From the IMG/VR virus record IMGVR_UViG_3300032116_000016: a stretch of DNA of 64,000 bases. One strand, given 5' to 3'. A program made the position numbers and the translations under genes. The notes under the pieces were generated by a model that saw nothing but the letters and a program-made list of their open reading frames with translations, did not search any database and was not told where the DNA came from. Below, piece after piece: positions 39,063 through 47,804 of this stretch (positions within the stretch are counted from its first letter, which is position 1; every line of letters starts with the position of its first letter). Source of the DNA: a virus.

Positions 39063-41808
39063 TAATAGTGAGTATCAATCGTGGCAGTGTCGTTTATTAA
39101 ACTGGTCACGGAAGAAAGTAAAGCAATCAGGTAAACTTGTGTTATTACGATGTGCAGATCCGATGGGTAGAAATAGACCGTTGGATGAATACACAGACAC
39201 GGATGTAGTAGTAATAGATTTACCAGATTATGCTACAGAATGGGAAAATCTAGAATCAGAATCAAAACGTGGTGAAAAATATTGGTGGGGAGCTATACCA
39301 AATAAATTCATGTCGATAAAATGGTTATGCGATAACTCTTCTTTTAAAGACGAAGATAATTTATTATTTCTAGACCCAGATATGATATTTTTACATCCAG
39401 TAGAATTTGTTCCTAAATATAACGAAATTATAGCACAAAGATTTATTCACTACGCACCGTTACAGAATTGGAAAATTGAAAATGATAGAGACGGGTTTGG
39501 TGTGATGTATCCATTTTGTATTAAGTTTGGTACATTAAAAAAAATAATAGACGATTATATTACCAGTTCAGAGCAAATTAAACGTGAAACGAAACGATGG
39601 GAATCTGAAATGTGGGGATTGGATTACGCAGTTAAAAAGAACAATTTAAAAATTCAATACGTAGAGGACTTTGGATTCTGTACGGCATGGAAAGAAAATG
39701 ACAGTAATGAAGTCAGTCTTATCGCACATTTCCCGAATGAAATATTTGATGCGAATAATAATTCTTTATTTTTCAAACAAGATTACACACACAATCAGAA
39801 TATGCAAATAGACGTAAATAGAGCAAGAAACAAATTAGATGAACTTTTGTTATCTAATATTGCACAAGAAAGAACGGATTATCTGTACCATTTAAAATGG
39901 AATTTTTCTAATATATTTAACAATTACACTGGTAAAACCGGATATATTATTTTAAAACCGTGGCCGGGTGGATTTAACAACATACGAATGTCATTAGAAC
40001 TGGCGGTTTGTATAGCATATTTAACGAATAAGACATTAGTACTACCTCCAAAGTATAATATGTATTTGCTAAAAGATACGTTTGGGCTAGAAGATTTTTT
40101 TGATATGTCTGATTTAGGAATAAAAACAATGTCTTTTTTTGATTTCTGTAGACTGAAAAATATTACTCCTACGTTCGAAGCAGTTGCAGAAATTAGTAAA
40201 ACCATAACAGAACCAGAATTTCACGTTTTAAATTTTACAGAATCACTACCAGACGAATCATTTAAACATGGACGTTCTGTAACTGATATGATTGAACTAC
40301 TTGGTCACAATGAGTGTTTATTTTTTGATGGTAAATTGTTAGGAAATTTTTATCAAACCATATATACGACATTTGACGTAGAACTTAAAAAATTAATAGC
40401 ACGGCACGTTCATTACACTCCTAAATTAATGGAATTGGGTTGGCGGGCAATAGAAGTGTTGGGAGACAGAAAATACTATGCAATCCACATAAGAAGAAAT
40501 GATTTTCAGTATAAGCATTTGTTCATTACAGCGGAGCAAATCTATGATAATATCAAAGATATAATACCAGATGGTTCCACATTGTATATTGCAACAGACC
40601 ATACCGATAAATCATTTTTTGACAAACTTGCCCAACACTATCAGTTACACTATTACGAAGATATTGCACATTTAGCAAAACTAGAAAATGTGCACTATAA
40701 TTTTATTCCGATAATAGAACAACTCATATGTACAAGATCTATAAAGTTTATAGGTAACGATTATTCCACTCTTTCCTCGTATATATACAGACTTCGAGGA
40801 TATATGAAAGATATAGAAGATAAAAACTTTTATATCAATACTAGTACGTTTAATCAAGATGAGCAATGTGATTCTACTGAAACAAAAAGATTCATAGGTA
40901 ATTGGGCACGAGAATTTAAAGACGCCTGGGATTTTAAACCTAAAAAAATATTTGTTTCTGTAGCTAGCTATTGCGACCGCCAGTTATTAACTACATTAAG
41001 AAATTTATATGAAACGGCACAAGACTCATCACGAATTATGGTAGGTGTCCATCTTCAAGATAACGAAGAATATCATAAAGAATTACTTAATGAAAATTTT
41101 CCAAACATGAAAATATTATTTACTCCAGATGAAGATTCTCTGGGAGTTGTTTGGGCGCGTGAAAGAATAAAGCAAGAATTAATAACTGATGAGGATTTCT
41201 TTTTGCAGATTGACGCACACAGTAGATTTAAACAAAATTGGGATGGTATACTAATAAATCAATATAGAAGTATGCCAAACAAAAAAGTGGTATTCTCTAC
41301 ATATCCAAATGGATTCGAACTTACCGATACGGAAAAAAACTTTTTATCTATAAAAACTAATGCCCCATTAGTTATTAGTGGACATATGGATGTTGAAAAT
41401 GTTAATCCAATAGATAACAGATTAGTTACAAAAAATTTAGTAGCAATGGATAAGTACGAAATATTCGACAACAAATGGATAGGTGCAGGATTTATATTTG
41501 CACCAATCGAATGGACTGGAGATATACAAGTACCTATGCAAATAAAATCTAAAGGTGAAGAAGAAGCACAAACGTTCTTATCTTATTTAAAAGGATGGGA
41601 TATAAAATTACCCGCTGAGGCGACAGTATGGCATAATTATAATATACATGACTTGGACGGCACCGTATACAGAAAAACAAATCATAATGAAATAACAGAC
41701 AAGTCTGTTGAAATTATAAATGATATACTTTTTAATACTTCCAATTCATATTCTCGTTCATTAGAAGAATTGGAGGATTACTTGTCAATTAAATTTAGAC
41801 GGATCTAA
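39037..41808 (+). CDS. Trifunctional glycosyltransferase: SGT1/HPAT-like (GT96/GT95) + O-fucosyltransferase-like + GT60-like
   Basis: Domain 1: YQSWQCRLL..S, NKFMSIKWL, LDPDMIF, WESEMWG. Domain 2: GGFNNIR, AIHIRRNDF, LYIATD, IEQLIC...FIGNDYSTLS. Domain 3: IFVSVASYCD, LGVVWAR, LQIDAHSRF, GEEE, WHNY. Confidence 0.75.
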   Translation: MDYIIVPTSNSEYQSWQCRLLNWSRKKVKQSGKLVLLRCADPMGRNRPLDEYTDTDVVVIDLPDYATEWENLESESKRGEKYWWGAIPNKFMSIKWLCDNSSFKDEDNLLFLDPDMIFLHPVEFVPKYNEIIAQRFIHYAPLQNWKIENDRDGFGVMYPFCIKFGTLKKIIDDYITSSEQIKRETKRWESEMWGLDYAVKKNNLKIQYVEDFGFCTAWKENDSNEVSLIAHFPNEIFDANNNSLFFKQDYTHNQNMQIDVNRARNKLDELLLSNIAQERTDYLYHLKWNFSNIFNNYTGKTGYIILKPWPGGFNNIRMSLELAVCIAYLTNKTLVLPPKYNMYLLKDTFGLEDFFDMSDLGIKTMSFFDFCRLKNITPTFEAVAEISKTITEPEFHVLNFTESLPDESFKHGRSVTDMIELLGHNECLFFDGKLLGNFYQTIYTTFDVELKKLIARHVHYTPKLMELGWRAIEVLGDRKYYAIHIRRNDFQYKHLFITAEQIYDNIKDIIPDGSTLYIATDHTDKSFFDKLAQHYQLHYYEDIAHLAKLENVHYNFIPIIEQLICTRSIKFIGNDYSTLSSYIYRLRGYMKDIEDKNFYINTSTFNQDEQCDSTETKRFIGNWAREFKDAWDFKPKKIFVSVASYCDRQLLTTLRNLYETAQDSSRIMVGVHLQDNEEYHKELLNENFPNMKILFTPDEDSLGVVWARERIKQELITDEDFFLQIDAHSRFKQNWDGILINQYRSMPNKKVVFSTYPNGFELTDTEKNFLSIKTNAPLVISGHMDVENVNPIDNRLVTKNLVAMDKYEIFDNKWIGAGFIFAPIEWTGDIQVPMQIKSKGEEEAQTFLSYLKGWDIKLPAEATVWHNYNIHDLDGTVYRKTNHNEITDKSVEIINDILFNTSNSYSRSLEELEDYLSIKFRRI

Positions 41809-41810
41809 AA

Positions 41811-42734
41811 ATGGAAAAAATCTTTATAGCAATTGCAAGTTTTCGTGATTATGAACTACCACATACCATACTAGACCTAATTAGTAAAGCCGAAAATCCT
41901 CAAAGATTAGTATTTTCTGTAGTGCACCAATTTGATGAAGAGCCAGAGACGAATGAAAACTGCATCAATCATTTACTCGGCAAGTATCCAATACATTTAG
42001 AATTGCACCATTGGACAGAATCAAGAGGTGGTTGTTGGGCAAGAAATATAGCACAGAAATATTATGCAAATGAAAGATATGCATTACAAATAGATTCACA
42101 CACTCGGGTTATAAAACATTGGGACTCCGTGTTAATACGAAATATAGAAAATTTAAGAAACATATCACCAAAACCTATAATTTCATATTTATCTCCATCA
42201 TACTCTAGAAATGACGAATATGGTATAGACTATTTGTTTAGTAATATATTTGATATGGATAAAATACAAATACCTAAAATAAAAAATATAACTAGTCAAT
42301 ACTGGATTGAATACGGTGGATATGAAAATGAACAGCGTACTGGATATAAAAATGTAAGAGTCCCCGTACTATATGGTGGGTTTATATTTTCAGACGGCCA
42401 ATGGGTAGTTGAAGTGGAACAAGATCCATTACATTATTATACTGGTGAAGAATTTGCTTTAGCCGTAAGATCGTATACAAAAGGATATGATATATACACG
42501 CCCGATAGAATAGTATCGTGGCATAGAGCACATAACGAACCAAACAAAAAACACTTTACCGTACTACCACCGGAATTTGGACAGTATAGACATAAAGTTG
42601 CGATGGAACGACTTCGAAGGTTATTTGAAGGTGGTGATCTGGGTAAATACGGTCTGGGTACACATCGAACTCTAGATGAGTACGAGCAATTTTCAGGAAT
42701 AGATTTCAAAAATAAACAAATTAAGACTCTGTAA
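41811..42734 (+). CDS. GT60-like glycosyltransferase 4
   Basis: IFIAIASFRDYEL, RGGCWAR, LQIDSHTR and YYTGEEFALAVRSYTKGYDIYTP motifs. Confidence 0.8.
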   Translation: MEKIFIAIASFRDYELPHTILDLISKAENPQRLVFSVVHQFDEEPETNENCINHLLGKYPIHLELHHWTESRGGCWARNIAQKYYANERYALQIDSHTRVIKHWDSVLIRNIENLRNISPKPIISYLSPSYSRNDEYGIDYLFSNIFDMDKIQIPKIKNITSQYWIEYGGYENEQRTGYKNVRVPVLYGGFIFSDGQWVVEVEQDPLHYYTGEEFALAVRSYTKGYDIYTPDRIVSWHRAHNEPNKKHFTVLPPEFGQYRHKVAMERLRRLFEGGDLGKYGLGTHRTLDEYEQFSGIDFKNKQIKTL

Positions 42735-42746
42735 CATAAAACGGTT

Positions 42747-44306
42747 ATGTTTAATTTATCAATATACACAGGACACAATGCGTCATTTACGATAAGTCGA
42801 GATGATGAAATTCTAGAAGTTGTGGAATTGGAAAGATGGCTAAACGTTAAAAATATAAGTTTAACGTGGTATCTACCTACCACTCATAATCCTATACATG
42901 CTGTAAAAGAAATACTTCTATACTTCAAAATAAAATATGGTGCAGACAAATACCAAAATCTAATATGTAACCCTACAGATTTGGAAGTACTCACGGGTGG
43001 ATATTGGTCTGCACACGGAAGTGTTTTAGATATTTTTAACGCAAAAAATTTAATAGAGATGGGTCACCAAGAAGGACACGCGTATAATGCATTTTATCAA
43101 ACTAATTTAAAAGAAGCAACAATTATTAGTTTTGATGGTGGTGGTAATGATGGGTGTTTTAATTTTTATAAAGCAACTAGACAGAATGGAGTCACATTAT
43201 ATAGAACGGAACCTGATTATAATATCGGAGAAAAATATGCACAAATTGGATTTTATTGTAGTTCATTGAGCAAACAAGATAGATTTCAAGGATATCTGGT
43301 ACATTCGGGTAAGTTGATGGGATTGTCAGCATACGGTAAAATTTTACACAATAACATAAATAATTTTTTAGAATACTACAAAGGACATCATTCTACTTAC
43401 GAGGACAAGTATAACAATTATAAAAAATTAGGTTATCCAGATGAGTTAACTGGCCAGTTAGAAGTGGATGTAGTCAGAACTTCTCAATATGCGTTTGAGC
43501 AATTGTTTGAAAAGTTATCATACAAAGATATCATAGGTAGTGATGACAAATTATGTTTAACTGGTGGATGTGCTTTAAATGTACTGAATAACACACAAGT
43601 AAATAAATTAACAAAGACGCATGTAACGCCAAATCCAGACGATAGAGGATTGAGTTTAGGATTTATGTTAGGGTTTTTAAAGCCATCGGATGCATTTGAT
43701 TCCACTTATATCGGACCTGAAGTTTGGGATAGACATTTATTACATGAGTACGTAAACAAATATAATGCAACCGAAGTAGATTTCACAAAATTAGCAGAAG
43801 ATTTAATTTCTGGAAAAATTATTGGAATTGTTCGTGGTCGTTCTGAACACGGGGCTAGGGCATTGGGAAACAGAAGTATTCTTTGCATGCCAACTGTAGG
43901 TATGAAAGATATACTAAATGCAAAAGTCAAACATAGAGAATATTATCGTCCGTTTGCACCCGTAACTAGATTGGAAGATGCAAATACTTATTTTGATTGG
44001 GAAGGTGAAGCACGTTGGATGACATTTAGCCCAAGAGTAAAAACGGAATACCGATCAATTTTACCATCTGTCACACATATCGATAACACGGCTAGATTGC
44101 AAACAGTAACAGAAATGCAAAATTCTTTTCTGTATCACCTATTAGGTGAAGTAAAACGACTTTCAGGAGTCGGTGTATTAATAAATACATCCTTCAATAT
44201 CGCAGGAAAACCAATTCTGAATACATACAGAGATGCTGTCTGGATGCTAGAAAATGTGGAAATGGATGGGTTGATTTTGGAAAATTATTATATAAAAAAG
44301 GATTAA
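42747..44306 (+). CDS. Carbamoyltransferase (NodU/CmcH/TobZ family) 1
   Basis: GHNAS, HQEGHA, DGGG, GKLMGLSAYG, GGCALN, GRSEHGARALGNRSIL, RPFAP and NTSFN motifs. Confidence 0.9.
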   Translation: MFNLSIYTGHNASFTISRDDEILEVVELERWLNVKNISLTWYLPTTHNPIHAVKEILLYFKIKYGADKYQNLICNPTDLEVLTGGYWSAHGSVLDIFNAKNLIEMGHQEGHAYNAFYQTNLKEATIISFDGGGNDGCFNFYKATRQNGVTLYRTEPDYNIGEKYAQIGFYCSSLSKQDRFQGYLVHSGKLMGLSAYGKILHNNINNFLEYYKGHHSTYEDKYNNYKKLGYPDELTGQLEVDVVRTSQYAFEQLFEKLSYKDIIGSDDKLCLTGGCALNVLNNTQVNKLTKTHVTPNPDDRGLSLGFMLGFLKPSDAFDSTYIGPEVWDRHLLHEYVNKYNATEVDFTKLAEDLISGKIIGIVRGRSEHGARALGNRSILCMPTVGMKDILNAKVKHREYYRPFAPVTRLEDANTYFDWEGEARWMTFSPRVKTEYRSILPSVTHIDNTARLQTVTEMQNSFLYHLLGEVKRLSGVGVLINTSFNIAGKPILNTYRDAVWMLENVEMDGLILENYYIKKD

Positions 44307-44307
44307 T

Positions 44308-45090
44308 ATGACTAAAATTATAGTACTAAACCAATCAACGTGGCATTTTGAATATAATGCAATAGATGCGTTAGCAAAAAGTACATGGGCAAGAGTAAAA
44401 CACCCAGACGTAACAGTTATTCATTATTACGGAGGTTATGATTTAGAAGATAAACCGTATTCACATTTAAGTGGAACGCCCGCCAAGGGTTCTGCGATTA
44501 TGTATGATAACCACGGTAATAATATTCTTGTGTGTGGGGTACAAGATGTAGTAAGCAATCCTCTTACAGATCCACGTAATCAAAAACTTATCATAGCATA
44601 TGAGTGGTGTCTTAATAATTTAGAATTTGATTATATAGTTCGAATTTGTAATACGACTTACCTTGATATTAAAAAGATGCACAAATTTCTAGATTCACTG
44701 GAAAGAAAAGATAAACAATATGATGGTGCACGAAATATGTACAACAATGAGTATTATTTTTGCGGAGGAAGTTTTAATTATCTATCAAAAGATTGTGTAC
44801 AACAATTAGTAAACAATAAAGAAGAATATTTATCTTTACCGTATCCGTTATCTATGGAAGATCTTGGTGTGGGAGTAATACTATTTAATAAATTAAATTA
44901 TGCCGTCTGGGACGAAGTACATCAAGATGTAAAAACATCCGCTACAAGTTTAGGCGATAACGGTGGCCCGTTAGTAGATTACGTCGATGACATAATAGCA
45001 AATGAAAAGTATTTTGCGTATAGATTTAGAATCAGTAGTACGGAAGAGTACATACAATTTCACAATAAGGTTTTACGAAAATATGTTTAA
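44308..45090 (+). CDS. GT31/Fringe-like (beta-1,3-galactosyltransferase-like) protein
   Basis: FDYIVRICNTTYL, FCGGSFNYLSKDCV and EDLGVG motifs. Confidence 0.55.
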   Translation: MTKIIVLNQSTWHFEYNAIDALAKSTWARVKHPDVTVIHYYGGYDLEDKPYSHLSGTPAKGSAIMYDNHGNNILVCGVQDVVSNPLTDPRNQKLIIAYEWCLNNLEFDYIVRICNTTYLDIKKMHKFLDSLERKDKQYDGARNMYNNEYYFCGGSFNYLSKDCVQQLVNNKEEYLSLPYPLSMEDLGVGVILFNKLNYAVWDEVHQDVKTSATSLGDNGGPLVDYVDDIIANEKYFAYRFRISSTEEYIQFHNKVLRKYV

Positions 45091-46639
45091 TATAGGAATG
45101 TTTGGTTCTCATAATGCAACAATAGCTATATCAAAAGATGACAAACTTTTAGAAGTAGTGGAAGTAGAAAGATTTACTTCAATAAAAAATTGCGCATTAT
45201 GGTTTTACTATAACATAAGAGAGCCATATAATATAGCAGTGATTCACGAAATAAAAAACTACTTTAATCAAAAATATGGAGTAACGGAATATGAAAGCGT
45301 AATATATAATTCCGTGCACCAAGAATACTATAAAATATTTCCCGCTAAAAAATACACATGGTTACCACACCACACAGCTCACGCATACTCTGGATTATAC
45401 CAATCCCCATATAGTAATGCGTTAATAGTATCAGCTGATGGTGGTTCAGATGAAGGATTTTTCAATGTGTTTATAGGTGATAAGCGCGCGGGTATTACAA
45501 AAATATATTCTGGTAAAAGAGATTTAGCTGTTCCATATGGATTGGTTGCACATTATATTGAAGATATACGAAAGGAAGAACCGTTTTGGGGAAACTTGGT
45601 GTACGCCGGAAAAATTATGGGGTTTGCAAACTACGGAAACGCCACGGAAGAATTCGTCAATAAATTACATACTATATATAATAGCGGGGATGATGGGAAA
45701 ATACCGGAAACGGTGACTACAATAAGGAAGGTTCTTGACATTCCAGAGGAATTTAGATTCACTGGCCAAGACGCTAAAGATTTAGCTGCTTCAAATCAAT
45801 TTGTCTTTGAGCAACTTTTTGAAGAAGAGATAACGCCATTTTTAAAGGAATACCCTTCATTACCCTTAATTTTAGTTGGTGGGTGTGGGCTTAATATATT
45901 AAATAATACCAAACTTGCTAGAACTAGAAACGTATTTGTTCCACCTAATCCAAATGATTGTGGGTTGGCGGTTGGATTATTAGCATCTACTATCAAACCA
46001 ACAGAACCAATTGATTGTACATATGCTGGGCCCGTAGTATGGGATAGACATGAATTAATAAGAATTGCACACGAACGATCGGCACAAGTACTTGACATCG
46101 CTAAATTAGCAGACTATATTATATCTGGTAAAATTGTAGGTGTGGTACGAGATAGATGTGAACATGGTCCAAGAGCACTAGGAAATAGAAGTATATTGTG
46201 TAATCCTGCTATTACTGGAATAAAAGATATATTGAATGCTAAAGTAAAAGGTAGAGAATATTATCGTCCCTTCGCTCCCGTGGTCCGTCTAGAAGATGTT
46301 AACAAATATTTTGAATGGAATACTGAAAGCCGTTGGATGAGTTTTTGTCCAAGAGTAAAAGATGAATATAAAAATAAACTAGAAGCAATAGTGCACGTGG
46401 ATGGTACAGCGAGAGTACAAACTGTAACTAAAAAACAAAATGAATTTTTATATAATTTATTAACAGAAATGCATAATAAAACTGGAATAGGTGTATTATT
46501 AAATACTTCGTTCAATGTGGCAGGAAAACCAATTTTGAATACGTATAAAGAAGCACTCACAGTTCTAGATAGTAAAGAGATGGACGCCGTTATATTGGAA
46601 GATTATATTATACAAAAAAACAGAGGATCACAGTTATGA
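45083..46639 (+). CDS. Carbamoyltransferase (NodU/CmcH/TobZ family) 2
   Basis: GSHNAT, HHTAHA, DGG, GKIMG..NYG, GGCGLN, EHGPRALGNRSIL, RPFAP, HVDGTARVQTV and NTSFN motifs. Start moved to ATG 45083. Confidence 0.9.
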   Translation: MFNIGMFGSHNATIAISKDDKLLEVVEVERFTSIKNCALWFYYNIREPYNIAVIHEIKNYFNQKYGVTEYESVIYNSVHQEYYKIFPAKKYTWLPHHTAHAYSGLYQSPYSNALIVSADGGSDEGFFNVFIGDKRAGITKIYSGKRDLAVPYGLVAHYIEDIRKEEPFWGNLVYAGKIMGFANYGNATEEFVNKLHTIYNSGDDGKIPETVTTIRKVLDIPEEFRFTGQDAKDLAASNQFVFEQLFEEEITPFLKEYPSLPLILVGGCGLNILNNTKLARTRNVFVPPNPNDCGLAVGLLASTIKPTEPIDCTYAGPVVWDRHELIRIAHERSAQVLDIAKLADYIISGKIVGVVRDRCEHGPRALGNRSILCNPAITGIKDILNAKVKGREYYRPFAPVVRLEDVNKYFEWNTESRWMSFCPRVKDEYKNKLEAIVHVDGTARVQTVTKKQNEFLYNLLTEMHNKTGIGVLLNTSFNVAGKPILNTYKEALTVLDSKEMDAVILEDYIIQKNRGSQL

Positions 46640-47166
46640 ACAACCAATCAGAATTTTTTGCTCGACATGGGTATGCATACATTAAAGACGTACTGACACA
46701 CCAGCAGTGCGACGACTTTGCTCAGTTGATGTATGACATGAAAGCTACAGATCGTTTAGTTTATGAAGGTGGTGACCAAAAGTTTTATGATAATTCGTAT
46801 GGTGGAAACCATCCAGAGTTTGAGGCCGCATTGCGATCATTAACAGACAGATTGCAAGACGAGTTGGGAGTTAAAATGACTCCCGCTAATTCGTTTGGAC
46901 GCATTTATTATAATGGTGGAACTTTACACAAACACGTTGATCGTCAAGGTCTTGATTACACTATGTCTATTACGCTATTTAATAGTTTAGATAAGGAATG
47001 GCCATTGTGGTGTATTGATAAGACAAATAATCAAGTTCCTTTGAATATTGGTCGAGGTGATGGTGGTATGATGTTAGGAACAACAATGACACATTGGCGT
47101 GATGATTTAATTTGCGAACCACACCAGCATGTTGTTCAACTATTCATGCATTGGAGTTTTGCATGA
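46636..47166 (+). CDS. 2OG-Fe(II) oxygenase (phage type; possible prolyl or glycan hydroxylase)
   Basis: GRIYYNGGTLHKHVDR (HxD), distal HWRD His, and the WPL...GDG pattern. Confidence 0.8.
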   Translation: MNNQSEFFARHGYAYIKDVLTHQQCDDFAQLMYDMKATDRLVYEGGDQKFYDNSYGGNHPEFEAALRSLTDRLQDELGVKMTPANSFGRIYYNGGTLHKHVDRQGLDYTMSITLFNSLDKEWPLWCIDKTNNQVPLNIGRGDGGMMLGTTMTHWRDDLICEPHQHVVQLFMHWSFA

Positions 47167-47783
47167 ACGAAAAACTTAAACACGAATTTGAGATTATAAT
47201 ACACGCTGTACATGCTATGAATCCAACGGCAAATGGGTGGGGATGCATAGAAACTCGAAGTGGTGGTGGTAGTACATTAGAATCTACAAAACCTTTAAGA
47301 AATGCATTGCCAAAATTATTTGATACATTTAATATCAAATCAATTCTAGACATACCGTGTGGTGACTTTCATTGGATGAAAGAAGTCAATTTGACGGGAA
47401 TCGAATACGTCGGAGCGGACATTGCCGAAGTATTCGTCAATGACAACAGACTAAATTATCCACAGCATGAATTTCTACATTTAGATATTACAGAAGATCC
47501 TTTACCTAAAAAGGATTTAGTTATAGTGCGAGATTGTTTTATACATCTTTCTTATGAGAATATAAAAAAGTCCCTAGAGAACATAAAAAATAGTGGAAGT
47601 ACATACTTGCTAACCAGTAGTAGAAGGAATCTTATAGAAAATAAAGATATTTTAGACTCTGATTTTAGACAAATTAATATGGAAATAAATCCATTTTATT
47701 TAAACCCTATATATTGTATTGATGAAGATACGTCTGAACCATATCGATCTATGATATTAATCAAAATAGATGATTTAAAATAA
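47163..47783 (+). CDS. Class I SAM methyltransferase
   Basis: SGGGSTLE.T, SILDIPCGDFHWM and DLVIVRDCFIHLS motifs. Start moved to ATG 47163 (ATGA overlap). Confidence 0.8.
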   Translation: MNEKLKHEFEIIIHAVHAMNPTANGWGCIETRSGGGSTLESTKPLRNALPKLFDTFNIKSILDIPCGDFHWMKEVNLTGIEYVGADIAEVFVNDNRLNYPQHEFLHLDITEDPLPKKDLVIVRDCFIHLSYENIKKSLENIKNSGSTYLLTSSRRNLIENKDILDSDFRQINMEINPFYLNPIYCIDEDTSEPYRSMILIKIDDLK

Positions 47784-47804
47784 ACTTAAAATAAAGAGGT
47801 TACT

